A DNA stretch of 64,000 bases from Mobula hypostoma (GCF_963921235.1 NC_086097.1:2852001-2916000), one strand, 5' to 3'. Shown: positions 36,609-49,794, counted from the stretch's first letter. Program-made: numbers and translations. Notes: generated by a model from the sequence alone, not told the origin.

Positions 36609-38283
36609 TCAGTGAGAGAAGTGACAGTGACGGGATGAGGCAACCGTTTTGATGTCGGGCCTGTATTCTGTTGTGGCAATCCTGAGACACTGGCCAAGAT
36701 GTGCATGGGAGAGTCTGTTTCTGTCCTGGTTCTTGACAGAGTTCATTGAAGAAAACGATGACTCACATATGTACGTGGAGGGGAACGGTGTGAGTAGGAG
36801 CATTGCAGTAGCTCTCGTGTTTTTGAATTGAGCTTGGGGAACCACGTTGATCCAAAAGTCACTCACCCCAACGTCCTTGTGTTGTGCTTTGAGCAAATCA
36901 GATGTTCCCATTTCCAAGAGCTCCATCTGAAGAGTTGCCTCATCTATGGAAGGTACCAGCCTTTTGGCCTCTGCAGTCCACTGGCTGTCAGCTGAAATGG
37001 AGAACGGCTGTCTCAGGAAGAGGAGGATGTCACCTGAGAGTTTAGGGGAGCTTTCAAATCATTCCCTGATGTTTTCTGCCAGCCTCGTCATGAAGTCCTT
37101 CATCACTGGATCCTCCAGCATTTCGTTCTTCTCGCAGTGCTCCCGCAGACGTGGAAAGTGCAACTTTCTCCCGTGAATGTCTCTCTCCAAAAGGTTCAGC
37201 TTTGACCGGAAAGCTTCAGTCACCTTGTACATGTCCGCAACAGTGTGGTTGTTGCCTTGTAATTGCAGATTAAGTTGATTTAGATGAGACATGATGTCAG
37301 ACAAAAAAAGAACATGTGCCATCACCTTGTTGTCAGTTAAAAATCTCTTAAATCCTTGAGTTTTTTGGCTCTGCAGGCTGGATAAAAATGACACAAGCTC
37401 ATCGCGCAGGTCGCACACCCTCTCCAACACACGGCCTTTGCTCAGCCAGCGAACGTCATTATGAAGGAAAAGATCTTTGTGTTCCGCTGACATTTCCTCC
37501 AGCAATGCTCTGAAAAGGCGATGTTGCAGACTAGAACTCTCATGAACGACATTTACCAGTCTCGTCACAGTATCCATCGCCTCTTTCATTTCCCCCACAC
37601 AGTTTAGCGCACAACACTGATTTGTGAATAATGCAATGAAATGCCAAGAGTGCTGGGTTAACAGCGGCAGACCTGCTTACCAAGCCCTTGTGTTGTCCCA
37701 CCATTGACGGAGCCCCATCAGTGACAACGGACACAATCTTGATCACATCCAAGCCATTCTTCTCAAAGATCTGTGACAATTCGTTAAAAAATATTTCCCC
37801 AGTTGTGCACCTAGGCAGAGGAAGCAAACAAAGTAGCTCTTCCCGAAAGGTCTTCCCATCAAAAAATCTTGCGAACACAGATAGCTCTTCCATATCGGTT
37901 CGGTCACAGGAGGAGTCTATGGCTAGTGATATGGCTTCTGCTTTCTCCAAATCGGTGACTAGACTGGAAAAACACTCCTCCGCTAAAACTTCTACTCTTC
38001 TTGTTGCCGTGTTAGCCGACAATGGCACCGTCTTTAATAGCTCCGCAACCGTTTTCTTGGTTTTCTCATCATGACTTAAGACTTAGCCAGCCATATCAAT
38101 TGCACACGTTTTAATCAACTCGACGTCGCGTGCTCTACGGGGGTGTAGGGTGTGGGATGAGGTTAAAATAAATTAGAGTAGCGCGCACTTTATTTACATA
38201 TTATGACAGGTGTGTTCACGTAAGTGCCAGTGGGTTGGCGCGGTCCAGACCTGGCCTGTGGTCTGCCTATTGGGTTTGTCTGA
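36609..38283 (-). mobile_element. hAT (Charlie/SPIN, GTF2IRD2-like) transposase remnant
   Basis: SLAIDSS, VTDGAPSM, FHCIIH, VRWLSKG, PFPSTYICESSFS..RNRL in ORFs 37540..38028, 37059..37598, 36609..36926; N-terminus missing; possible terminus at ~38240-38283. Confidence 0.9.
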
Positions 38284-38620
38284 TCTATGGAAAAATGTAT
38301 AGTGGACGTTTTGGGCTGAAACCCTTAGGCAGGACTGGAGGAAAAAAAGCTGAGTGGATTTAAAAGTTGGAGGAGAGGAGAGAGAAACACAAGGTGATAG
38401 GTGAAACCTGGAGGAACTTCCCAGCTCTTTACTTCATCCCTCCCCCTCTGGTTTTCACCTGTCACCTGGTGATTCTCTATTGCTTCCCCCCACCTTTTAA
38501 ATGTACGCTCAGCTTTTTTCTCCAGGTCTGCCCAAGGGTTTCGGTCCAAAACGTTTACTGTACTTTTTTCCATAGATGCTGCCTGACCTGCTGAGTTCCT
38601 CCAGCATTTTGTGTGTTGCT
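38283..38620. repeat. Penelope pLTR-derived inverted repeat (fold-back)
   Basis: 38283-38410 is the reverse complement of 38445-38578; degenerate hammerhead motifs in both arms. Confidence 0.75.
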
Positions 38621-38769
38621 CATAGTACTATCGTCGCTTATTGTACATTATTGCGCATTGGTAAATTATTATTGTGTATATTATTATTACATTTTTTTTA
38701 TTAGGTAAGTCTGCACACTGCTAAGTTTGTTTTTAAATGTTGCTGCTGTAACAACAGAGTATATTATTA

Positions 38770-39551
38770 TTATACAAGTTTGCTGATGACACCACTGTTG
38801 TGGTGTGATGAATCGGCAAACAGGAGGGAGATTGAAAACTTGGCTGAGTGGTGTAATAACAACAGCTCAATGTCAGTAAGACCAAGGAACTGATTGTAGA
38901 CTTCAGGAGAGGGAAATCAGAGGTCCGTGAACCAGTAATCATCAGAGGATCAGAGATGGAGTGGGTCAGTAACTTTAAATTCCTGGATGTCACTATCTCA
39001 GAGGACCTGTCCTGGACCCATCATATAAACGTAATAGTGAAGAAAGCATGACAGCACCTCAACTTCCTCAGGAGTCTGTGGGGATTTGGAATGAAATAAA
39101 AAACCTTGGCAAACTTTGATAGATGTGTGGAGAATGTGCTGACTGGCTGCGTTATGGCCTGGTATGGGAACACCAATGCCTTTCAGCGGGAAATCCGACA
39201 AAAGTAGTGGATTCGGCCCAGTACGTCATAGGTAAAACCCTCCCAACCATTGAGCACATCTATGTGAAACATTGCCGTAGAAAAGCAGCATGCATCATCA
39301 AAGATCCTCGCCATCGAGGCCATGGTCTTTTCTCACTGCTGCCATCAGGTAGAAGGTACAACTGCCTCAGGACTCACACCAACAGGTTCCCTAACAGTTA
39401 CAACTGTCACGTACCCCGTGACGGGAATAAAGAACCAGCAGAAATAGAAAACACTTTGGAGTCCAGTATTGCTACTAACTAATAATATTTATTAGTAACT
39501 ACGCAATACAGTAATATAAATGTAGTTAAATAGGTCAGCAATGATTTTATT

Positions 39552-39586
<35 letters not shown>

Positions 39587-40683
39587 GTAAGTATATCAGT
39601 AAGTGTGGAAATATATGTATGAAAAACCAAGCTTCTTTAAGCCTAGGGGTAAAAAGATACAGTCTTACAATGATGAGTAAAGTTCAGCTCAGTTCAGTTC
39701 GTGGTATTGAGTTGAATAGTGATGGAGAGAGAGAGAGAGGGAGAGATTTGAGTTTTTAGTTAAGCTTACGCCGTCGATCTTCTCGTTGTCCTTTGAAATC
39801 CTTTAAAAGTCACTGACTGTGACTTTAACAAAGGGGACTGGTTTTCTGTGGTGGAGCTATCACCCAGGCGAGGGTGGACACATTTACAGCTCCTTTCAAC
39901 CCCTTTCCTTTTCACTGCAAGAGCAACTGATCGATCTGGCCGATCGATCCTCCAAAACTCACTTTTTCTGCGGGCACAACAATGCTCATTCAGTGTCCAA
40001 AGCATGTGTCTGAGGCCTATCATCTGACCTTCTATTTTATCTTCCCGTGCTGAGCATCAACTGTCACTCAAATAACTCCTCCTTCCTTTGTCTGTGTAAG
40101 AAATGCACAAGCATGCCGTGTCCTTGAGAAGTATCAACACGGCTGGCGAAAAATCATAACATCGATTGTCCATCAAGTAACCGCCCTCAGTTACCATAGC
40201 AACTTATGAGCTGCTCGGTGCCATCTCTCTCTCTCCAACTCAGCAGAAATCCAAAAGTTAGCCAGTTCTTTCTCGTGCCTTAAAGTGACAGACCAACAGT
40301 CAGTCTTCGTCTCTCTTTCTCTTCAAAACAAGATATCGATGTTAAATAACTCTCTCTCTTTTCAAAAGCACAGTTCATAGGAGTAATTCAGGATCCCGTC
40401 ACACAGCCAACCCCTCAACCATCAGGCTCTTTAAGAAAAGGGATAGCTATACTCATTTAAGGACTCTTGTGTCTGGTTATTTCACGCTCGTTATTTATTG
40501 CTATTTATTTATATCTGTGTTGGCACAGCTTTTTTAGTTTACAGTTCCTGATGTTTACAGTTTACAGATCCTGTTTACAGTTACAGTCTATAGATTTGCT
40601 AAGTATGCCTGCAGAAAAAGAATCTTAGGGTTGTATATGGTGACATGTATGTACTCTGATAATAAATTTTACTTTGAACTTTG
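38770..40683 (+). mobile_element. Rex1/Babar RT-3' fragment split by a solo LTR
   Basis: KFADDTT, KTKELIVDFR; tail actttgaactttga; same family as 10900-12240. Confidence 0.85.
39405..40403 (-). mobile_element. Solo LTR (~1 kb) related to the Gypsy LTRs at 24337/28447
   Basis: TGTCACGTACCCCGTGAC...CCGTCACA versus TGTTACGTACCCCGTAAC...TCGTCACA; shared ttggagtc, ctaggggtaaaa, agttcagttcg and (GA)n; flanks CAAC / CAGC(CAAC). Confidence 0.82.
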
Positions 40684-41354
40684 ATGCTAGTACAGATAGA
40701 TTTGTGTTTCGATCCATGTTTCTGTAGCAAGCCCTGTATCATTGTCTGCTGTTCACAATGTACACAAGGATGATCCTTGGGTCAACATAGTCTTGGCAGA
40801 ATTTGGAGTTTGACCATTGCTGGCCTAAAAATTAAAAAAAAACATTCAGAATTGCTCTTCCTAATTGCTGTTGTTTGTTTGTGGAATGAATTTGAGCATG
40901 AACAATGATTATTCTAAACATGAGAAATTTTGCAGATGCTGGAAGTCCAAAGCAACACACACATGCTGGAGGAACTCTGCAGGTCAGGCAGCATTAATGG
41001 AACATTTCGGGCTGAGACCCTTCTTCAGGATGTTTTTGTTGGATTTCTCGGTGCTAATTATCCTGTAAAAGTAATCACTTAGCAAGTGCCTGATCAGAAT
41101 CAGGTTTATTACTACCGGCATATGTTGTGAAATTTAAAGGTATAATCACTTTAGTAAAGTACTAGTAGTCTGTGTTCCTAAAAACTTTATCCAGTATATA
41201 TCTGAAAAGGATCAAATAAAAAAAATTAAAAGAACAAAGGAAATATGTTTTGAGCATGTTTGCCTAAAATAGTTTTTAAAAAACTTTTAGTATTTTGTAG
41301 CATAAACTGTATATTAAAAGAACTAACCTTTTCCCAAAATTCTCACTTATTCAG

Positions 41355-41475
41355 TTGCATCTAAGGTCCGTTATTTACAAGAATACCACAACCGTGTTCT
41401 TCATAATATTTATCCTGTCCCATCTGGAACTGATATCGCAAACACATTGAAATACTTTTCACAGACATTATTAAG
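41355..41475 (+). CDS. UNC79: UNC79 coding exon 2 (FASKVRYLQEYHNRVLHNIYPVPSGTDIANTLKYFSQTLLS)
   Basis: ttattcAG acceptor, AG|GTAAGT donor, 121 nt, phase-compatible with both neighbours; peptide near-identical to recalled UNC79. Confidence 0.96.
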
Positions 41476-43537
41476 GTAAGTCTTGTTTCTTTTTACTTGA
41501 TTCTGAAAATAATTGAGTAATTACTTCATAATATTTGATAATGTGACATTGGTATAGAAGTTCAATGTTTCACCCTTTGTATAATCATGAAGGAAAGTTA
41601 TTGTTAATTATATTCAAAACGAAATGTTATCAGCTAAAATACATTAATACAATAGCTCCGTCTTAGTAAGTGAATTTTATAATTTTAGGTCAGAAATAAA
41701 ACAGTTACTGATGTGGATGTTTGTTCCCACTTGGGGCCATTCACTGTTCTGAGTGGAGCTTTTGTCATCAGATGATGATACTCCATTCTTTAATTTTTAC
41801 CTGCTGATGTAAATGGGCTGAAGACATGTTCCAACATTTGTTTTAAAAGAGGTGACAGAGATTTTGCATGAAGCATTAATATCACATATAGTATTAGTAC
41901 AAATTAACATCAGATTTGCATGCAGTTCACCAAGAGTTTGGTCTCATTGAATAACCAAAAGTAAAACCAATGTAAAGTTTTTAGTTCAGTTTTATTGTCA
42001 TCTGACTGTAAAGATACATAACCAAATGAAACAACATTCCTCCAGACATGGTGTACCCATAAAACGTATATCCCACACAGCATATAAAATTAAATATATA
42101 TTAATAAAATATAATTCAAAATATAAATGAATATTTATAATTCAAAATATAAACACACAGGTAAACAGTATAGTAAACAAACTACTTGCTGTCCTGGTGC
42201 TGAGACCTCTGTGGTGGCAGAGTATTCAATAGTCTTATAGTCTGACTGAAGAAGTAGTTACCCAGTCTGGCAGTCCTAGTCCTACTGCTCCTGTACCTCC
42301 TCCGTGATGGTAGTTGGTCAAAGAGATTGTGGTATAGATGGTAGGGATTATCAATAAAGCTTTGAGCCCTTCATATACAATGCTCTTGATTAAATCTGTG
42401 TTTTATCTGTCCACTATAACTATTTAACAGTTAATAGTTGTTTTAGACAGATAAAAGCCATCTCATATAAAAATGGGTACAAGCAATGCAAACAACAAAT
42501 TAATGAAAGCAAGGTATGCATTTTAAATATACATGACTGGATTATACTTTAGTACAAAAGGCAGCTCACAATATGGAAACAACAAACTGATCTGTTAGAA
42601 TTCATTAAAATTGATTAAGGTATGATTAGTAACATGAAGTAAAATCTGCCAAGAAAATTAAACTCCGTCTTAGATTTCTAATGATAAATAATACTTTCTT
42701 TGGATTTGGGTGTATTCAAGCAGAGATGGCTGACAGGGAAGTTTCCCTAGGTTGTTGTTAGACATTCTGTAATTAGCAATTGCATATTATTTGCAGATGT
42801 TTGAATAGGTAGAAGAGAGTAGTTAACCATTTGATTACTAATTTAATTGGTACAGCACAACAGTGTGTGTTGAAGGGCCTGTTCTTGTGCTGTACTGTTC
42901 TGTGATCTAATTTGGAGAAATCAGATCGCAGAAAGAATTTTGGACTTCTAATAAACAGTTGGTTCAGTGTGGGAGGTTTATATAAACTTTCTTGTTTCAT
43001 TTGCTTTAGGAGTTGGTATTGATTAATATAAGTATTGGTAGTAGAGTAGGAAATGATGTATTTACTAATATTGTCAAAGTGGGTCTTCTTGAGTAGCCAA
43101 GAGCATAAATTATTCAAAAGAAATAGAAAGACACAGACTTTCTAGATATTGTGTGATAATAAAGAGTACAAAGATGCTGCCTTTTTTTAGAAAGTCTTGG
43201 AGGTAAATAACAGGTCTGATTAGATTGAAAATAATAATTTGAGAATATAATTACTAAATCTTCAAAAATCCTTATCATAAGTATTGTTTTCAATAAGCCA
43301 GTGTATTCTTTATATTGTTGAGTATTTTTGAACCTGGGTCAAACTGAGTTTCAAGAAACCTAAAAACAGGGCATCATAACATTGGCAAAAGAACAGATAT
43401 TAAAAATGTCTAGTCTTCTGAATCATTGTACTTTTTGTGTGACAGTTTGATTTTGCATATCCCCCAAACCCAATAAACCATCATATTAATAATATGATTA
43501 CTGTATTGTAATTATAATAAGGCACTGGCTCAACCTA

Positions 43538-43836
43538 GTGCCACGGTAGCATAGTGGTTTGTATGGCATGATTACAGCTTGAAACGTTTGGAGTTCAATT
43601 GCAGTGCCCTCTGTAAGGAGTTTGTGCGTTCTCCCTGTGAGCTGCGAGGTTTTTTTTCCCAGGTCCTCCGGTTTCCTCCCACAGTCTGGAGATGTACCGG
43701 TTAGCAGGTTAATTGGTCATAGTAAATTGTCCTGTGTTTAGGCTGGGGTTAAATAGGTGGGTTGCTGGGAGGTGCAGTTCTTTGGGCCTGAAGAATCTGT
43801 TCCGTGCAGTACCTCTAAATAAAATAAAATAAAAAT
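43538..43836 (+). mobile_element. tRNA-derived SINE (HE1/V-SINE-like)
   Basis: A-box-like ggtagcatagtgg, B-box-like gagttcaatt, core ggtttcctcccacagtc, (taaaa)n tail. Confidence 0.8.
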
Positions 43837-46512
43837 ATTAATGAGTGACCCATGAATTGTCATGCAAATCAAGGTAGGATGACTTCTAAAATAGTTGAAA
43901 TATCAACCAATAAATTTACAGAGCATTTAAAGCAGTGTGTGAAAGGTGTTAAAGTTTACTGATAAACCTTCAAATTTGCACCCATTGGGATGAGTACGTT
44001 CTCTCTCAAAGCACATGAACTCTTACTGCTTGGCCAAATTCTGAAATTTTCAAGATCTGCAAGTTATTACTTTCCCTGGCAAAGCATAGATTGCATAAGA
44101 TCATTCCTTGACACAGAATTATTTGCATTTCAGTAATGCTAGAGAAGGAATTATTTTAAAAAGTAAACCTATTTAAAACTTGTAGTCAGCATTCCTTTAA
44201 AGCTTCTCACTTTTTGCAATTAATTATGATTTAGCATTTAAATTTATATTTAATATCATAATTAAATCTTATTTCAGAACATAGTTTATTATCACATGTA
44301 TATAGTGAAAGTTGTGTTTTGCTGCAGCAGTACAAGAAATAAAATTTATTCTCAGTTACAAATAAATCGTGCAAAAGATGAATGATGTAGTTTTCATGGG
44401 CCATTTAGAAATCTTATGTTCATTATTTTAATGAGTCATATTGATATAGAAATTTAGAATATTTACCTGAACAGAGATAATGAGACTGGCTTATATCAAG
44501 GGGTTAAATTTAATACATTCATTAAATGACTCTACAGTGCTTGATGAATAAGAATTTTTATTATCTAATGTTACTGTTTTAGAGTAAATAGAGGGAAAAG
44601 GTTGTGCATGATATTTTAAATACTAGATATATTTATAAGATATATTTTTACAAATGCAAGATTAGACACTGATATTATTTTCTATCATTAATGTAAAGCC
44701 ATCATTAATGAATAACTTGAAACCCGAATAAATTAGAATAATGTTTATCAAATAACGTCCATATAAAACAGGATGGACAACGTAACTAATGGATATTTAG
44801 ACAATGATCTTAATAAAGTGCATTCAGACTGATGCAAAATCTGATCAATAAGATGTGCATTGTTGTAAGTTGATCAAGTCTGCTATCTGCTTGTATGTTG
44901 TAACTCAAGTGTTAGTCCCATTTAAAAAGTGCTGTATTTTTCAAATTTAAAATAATTCAGAAATATTTACCAGAGAGAAATATGAATGATGTACTGGAAA
45001 GCATCATTCTCAGGATGCAACTCAAATAATGTATGAATATTCTAAAATTTGCTGTATGTGAGTCATTGATTTTGAAATTATCAGCATTTCAGTAACTGTG
45101 CACAACTTTTTGCCTTATTATTACCGAATTTAGATAATACTGCCTTTTTAGAGAGAACAAAATAGTGTTTGTATTTCAGAAAATGGAAAAAGTACTTTTT
45201 ATTTCAGTAAATCTGATGGAACAATGAATAACATACATAAATACCATTCCCATTAGCTCATACACATATGCTATCAGCCATTAATCTTTAGCATATATTC
45301 TTTTATGATTCCTACAAATGTAGCTTAATTACATCTTAGAATTCTATATTTGTTCACTAAATCACACACCTGTTAAAATTCATTACCCTTAATGATACTG
45401 TCACAGTATCATAATTTACATACAGACATTATTTTGGCGTGATAAACATGTGCTGTTTACAGATTTGTATATCAAACACACATGTTTATTCTTCTCAAAC
45501 ATGTTTCATACGTGCCACCCCCATGTGAATAAATTATTCTAATGAAGGTTTTTGTATACAGTAGATTTACTGAAGATAGAAGTTTGATGATCAGTTCATA
45601 TATTAATGCTTTTACTGTGTCCCCTTTGCAATTGAAGTAATTAGAGAACATTACTACTTATTTTATTCATTCATTTTTATCTTTTCCCTGGGTTTTCTTG
45701 ATGACTGAGTAAACTGGTTGTAAGTGTTTCACAATATTGTTTTTAATTCAAGGCTTGGGGGAAACCCTACAGGTGACGTGCCTACTGACTGACGTTTCCT
45801 ACTCTGTGTGCACTGATGACAATAGTATATTTTTGAGATTTCTTCAAATTATACAATTTGAGGATTTACTTAATAATGGAAGCATAGAAGTACATCATTT
45901 GCTTTGCAGCATCTCATTACTCCTATACTTCCTGAGTTGCAGATATACAGATTATATTGAATGAGTCTTCCAAAAATATGTAGTTGTGTGTTATGCACAA
46001 GGTTATGAAGTCCAGGAATCTGGAAGAGGCACTAAGTGAGCCTCAATTCCCACTGTAAGAGAAGCAGGTTGGGGTCAGCAGCAGGCTGTTTGTAATCAGA
46101 GAATGATAACTTAATACAATGTGGTAGCTAGCTGTCATTCTGTTTGAAAGTACAGGCAATCAGGATGGGAAATTTAGGTAAGAAGTACTCAAGATTTAAG
46201 ATTGTTTAATGTCATTTCCAGTACACAAGGTGTAAAAGAGAGCAAATACTCCAGATCCAAAAGAGAAGAAAAAGAACACAATAATTAAAAAATGCAATAA
46301 ATATAAATGCACAAGATAGCTTATATACATTGATTGTATGTCCATAAAGTGATGCTATGCACAGAAGTGTCTGTACATAAAGTGACTGACAGGAAATGTT
46401 AAACTAGTGGTGGTGGGGTTGTGGAAGGCTGGGTTAGTAAGTGGAGGTGTTGATCAGCCTAACTACTTGGGGAAAGTAGCTCTTTTTGACTTAATCCATA
46501 TGTGCCATTAAA

Positions 46513-46725
46513 GGGGAGGTGGCAAGGTAGCATAGTGGTTAGTGGAACACTTTGCAACAACGGCGATCAGGGTTTAGTTCCTGATGCTCTCTGTAAGGAG
46601 TTTGTACATTTCCCCACGATCTCATAGGTTTCCTCCCATATTTCAGGGATGTACCAGTCAATAAGTTAATTGGTCAGATTAGTCAGTTAGGCAGGATAGG
46701 CTTGCTAGGCTTGAACAGCCTGTTA
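46513..46725 (+). mobile_element. tRNA-derived SINE, diverged
   Basis: ggtagcatagtggttag, ctgtaaggagtttgtac, ggtttcctccca. Confidence 0.7.
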
Positions 46726-46921
46726 AAAGTACAGCTTCTAGGCCTGGCGGAGTTGGAACACTCACTGCTGACTCAGTAAGCTCTTTTAAAAAAAATAATA
46801 ACCTGTTGGATTGTCCACTCTGTCACCCTCTCAATCTCACAAACGTCATTGGATTGTCTGATATATACACTCCCAAAACCATCAAGATCTCCAGCCACTA
46901 TTTCCTTTCCCAATTAATATA

Positions 46922-47362
46922 CATTCAGTGGCTACCTTCTGTACTTAATACACTGGCCTCTGAGTGTGTGTTCATGATCTTCTACCGCTTCAAAGTTGGA
47001 TTGTTGTGCATTCAGAGATGCTGTTCTGCACACCACTGTTGTAATGTATGGTTATTTGAGTTACAGTCACCTTCCTGTCAGTTTAAACTAATCTGGCTAT
47101 TTTTCTCTGGCCTCTGGCATGAACAAGCATTTTCACCCACTTGCTGGATGTTTTTTGCACCATTGTCTGTAAACTCTTGACTTGTGTGTGAAAATCCCAG
47201 GAGATCTGCAGTTTTTGAGACAGACAAACCACCCAGTCTGGCACCAACAATCTTTCCACAGTCAAAGTCACTTAGATCACATTTCTTCCCCATTCTGATA
47301 TTTGGTCTGAACAACAATTGAACCTCTGCTGATTAGATAGTTGCATTAATAAGCAGGTGTAC
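46922..47362 (-). mobile_element. Non-autonomous Tc1-derived element
   Basis: ORF 47078..47317 MGKKCDLSDFDCGKIVGAR..GLSVSKTADLLGFS (Tc1 N-terminal HTH). Confidence 0.75.
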
Positions 47363-47364
47363 AT

Positions 47365-47824
47365 GTCGATCCGTGGCCTTTTCTGCCTTAATGAGGCTAC
47401 TCTCAGGTTGGAGGAGCAACACCTCATATTCCATCTAGATGGCCTCCGACCTGATGGCATGAACTTTGATTTCTTCAACTTATGGTAATTTTATTCCCCT
47501 CCGCTTTTCTTCTATTACCCACTCTGGACTCGTACCTTTTCTCTTCACCTGCTTATCAATTCCCCCTGTTGCCCCTTCTCCTTCCTGTTCTCCCATGGTC
47601 TACAATCCTATCAGATTCTTTCTTCTCCAACCCTTTACCTTTTCCTCTCTCCTGGCTTCAACTATCACCTTCTAGCTTGCCCTTCTTTCCCTCCGTCCAC
47701 CTTTTTAGTCTGGCATCTTCCCTCATCCTTTTCCAGCCCTGAAGAAAAACATCGACTGTTTATTCATTTCCACAGATGCTGCCTGACCTGCTGAGTTCCT
47801 CCAGCATTTTGTGTGTGTTGCTTG
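47365..47824 (+). mobile_element. Penelope-like 3' fragment
   Basis: [22 protein letters not shown] followed by pLTR sequence. Confidence 0.8.
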
Positions 47825-48109
47825 AGATATAGGGCAAGTAGGATTAGTAAAGATAGGCATTGCATCGACATGTAACCCCACTTGCCCCTATTAAGCACTT
47901 ACGACCTACCTGAATCATGCCAACGTAATGCCTATCCGTTAATCCCCCTATACCTTTCCTTAAGTATCGGATGCCAATTTAATCTTATCATTGTATCTGC
48001 CTCTAAAGCTGCCTCTGGCAGCTTATTCCAGATGGCCACCAATTTCACACCCTCAAGTCTCCTTTAAAATTTCCTCTCTCACCTTAAACTTGTGCCCTCT
48101 ATCTCTATT

Positions 48110-48368
48110 AACATACACAGAATGGTGGCAGAATGCAGCAGGAAGCACCTTTGGAAGTGAATAAACAGTTGATTTTCTGGCTGAGAGTCTTCATCAGGAC
48201 TGGAATAGAAGGTGGAAGATGCCGGAATTAAAAGGTGGGGGTGGGGGTAAGAAAGGAAAATAAGCTAGAAGGTGATAGGTGAAACCAGGTGTGTGGGTGA
48301 GGGGGATGAAGAAAGAAGCTTGGAGATGGTAGGTGAAAAAGGTAACGGGTTGGAGAAGAAGGAATGTT
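48110..48368 (-). mobile_element. Penelope pLTR fragment
   Basis: Homologous to the other pLTR copies; degenerate hammerhead at ~48165-48200. Confidence 0.65.
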
Positions 48369-48442
48369 TACACTCTATCTCTACACTCCCCACCCGGAGA
48401 AAAGGACTCTGACCATCCATAGCTCTGATGATTATATATACA

Positions 48443-48890
48443 GAGGAGATTTACCAGGATGCTGCCTGGTTTAGAGAGTATGGATTATGATCAGAGATTA
48501 AGGGAGCTAGGGCTTTACTCTTTGGAGAGAAGGAGGATGAGAGGAGACATGATAGAGGTGTACAAGATAATAAGAGGAATAGATAGAGTGGATAGCCAGC
48601 GCCTCTTCCCCAGGGCACCACTGCTGAATACAAGAGGACATGGCTTTAAGGTAAGGGGTGGGAAGTTCAAGGGGGATATTAGAGGAAGGTTTTTTACTCA
48701 GAGAGTGGTTGGTGCGTGGAATGCACTGCCTGAGTCAGTGGTGGAGGCAGATACACTAGTGAAGTTTAAGAGACTACTAGACAGGTACATGGAGGAATTT
48801 ATGGTGTGGGGTTATATGGGAGGCAGGGTTTGAGGGTCAGAACAACATTGTGGGCCAAAGGGCCTGTACTGTGCTGTACTATTCTATGTT
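48443..48890 (+). mobile_element. CR1 3' fragment
   Basis: ORF 48459..48833 LGLYSLERRRMRGDMIEVYK...FFTQRVVGAWNALP. Confidence 0.9.
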
Positions 48891-48976
48891 ATACCTCTTT
48901 AACGTCGTCCCTTGGCTGTCTATATTCCAGTGAAAATAACCCACCCTTTCCAATATCAGCCCTCACTTCCAGACAA

Positions 48977-49260
48977 GGTGTCACGGTAGCGTAGTGGTTA
49001 GTGAATCGTTATTACAGCTCAGGGCATCAGAGTTTGGAATTCAGTTCTGGAATCCTCTGTAAGGAGTTTGTGTGTCTTCCATATAGATTTTCTCGTTGTG
49101 CTCTGGTTTCCTCCCACAGACCAAAGACTTACTGTTTAGAAGTTTAGTTGGTCATTGTAAATTGTCCTGTGATTAGGTCAGGGTTAAATGGGTGAGTTTC
49201 TGGGTGCTATGGTTTGGTAGGCTGGAAGGTCCTGTTCTGCACTGCCTCGCTAAATAATAA
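48977..49260 (+). mobile_element. tRNA-derived SINE
   Basis: Same family as 43538. Confidence 0.8.
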
Positions 49261-49794
49261 CACCCTAGTCAACCTCTTCTGCATCTCTCTCTTGCTACCA
49301 CAGTCAGATCATGTGCTGCCACATCTGCCTTTGCATTCTGCGTTTAAGGAAGATGTGCAAGGGCTGTTTACCAGCAGCCAGCACTCATCAATAAACTTTT
49401 GAGTCCCATGGACTTACTGGTTTGTAGGATTGAGCTAATGACTGAAGTACAAACAGTTACACCATGTTGTGCATTGACCAGAAAGCATGGCTGTCAAGAC
49501 ACTTCAATGTCAGGGCTGTTGTGAGTTGAGTGGAGCTACATTTCCATAAGATACAGGAGAATAATTAGGCATTTGGTCCATTAAGTCTGTTCCGCTATTT
49601 CATCATGTCTGATCCATTTTCTTTCTCTGCTGCAGCTGTGCTATTTTTATTGGCCTTTTCTAATGAATCTTTCAAAAGAAATTCATGGAAAATTGATGCA
49701 AATATTACTATAGGCCTCTTCTCTGCGCATTCTGCTTCAGAGAACGAAAAGCTCTGGGGAACGGAGATACAAGAAAAGATTCAGTAGGTTAGGA

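Noticed and set aside
36609..38028. Domesticated GTF2IRD2/ZBED-like host gene
   Set aside because: Frameshifted, N-terminally deleted, no splice structure; better explained as a hAT remnant.
43538..43610. tRNA genes at SINE heads
   Set aside because: Only degenerate A/B boxes, no cloverleaf; continuous with SINE body and tail.
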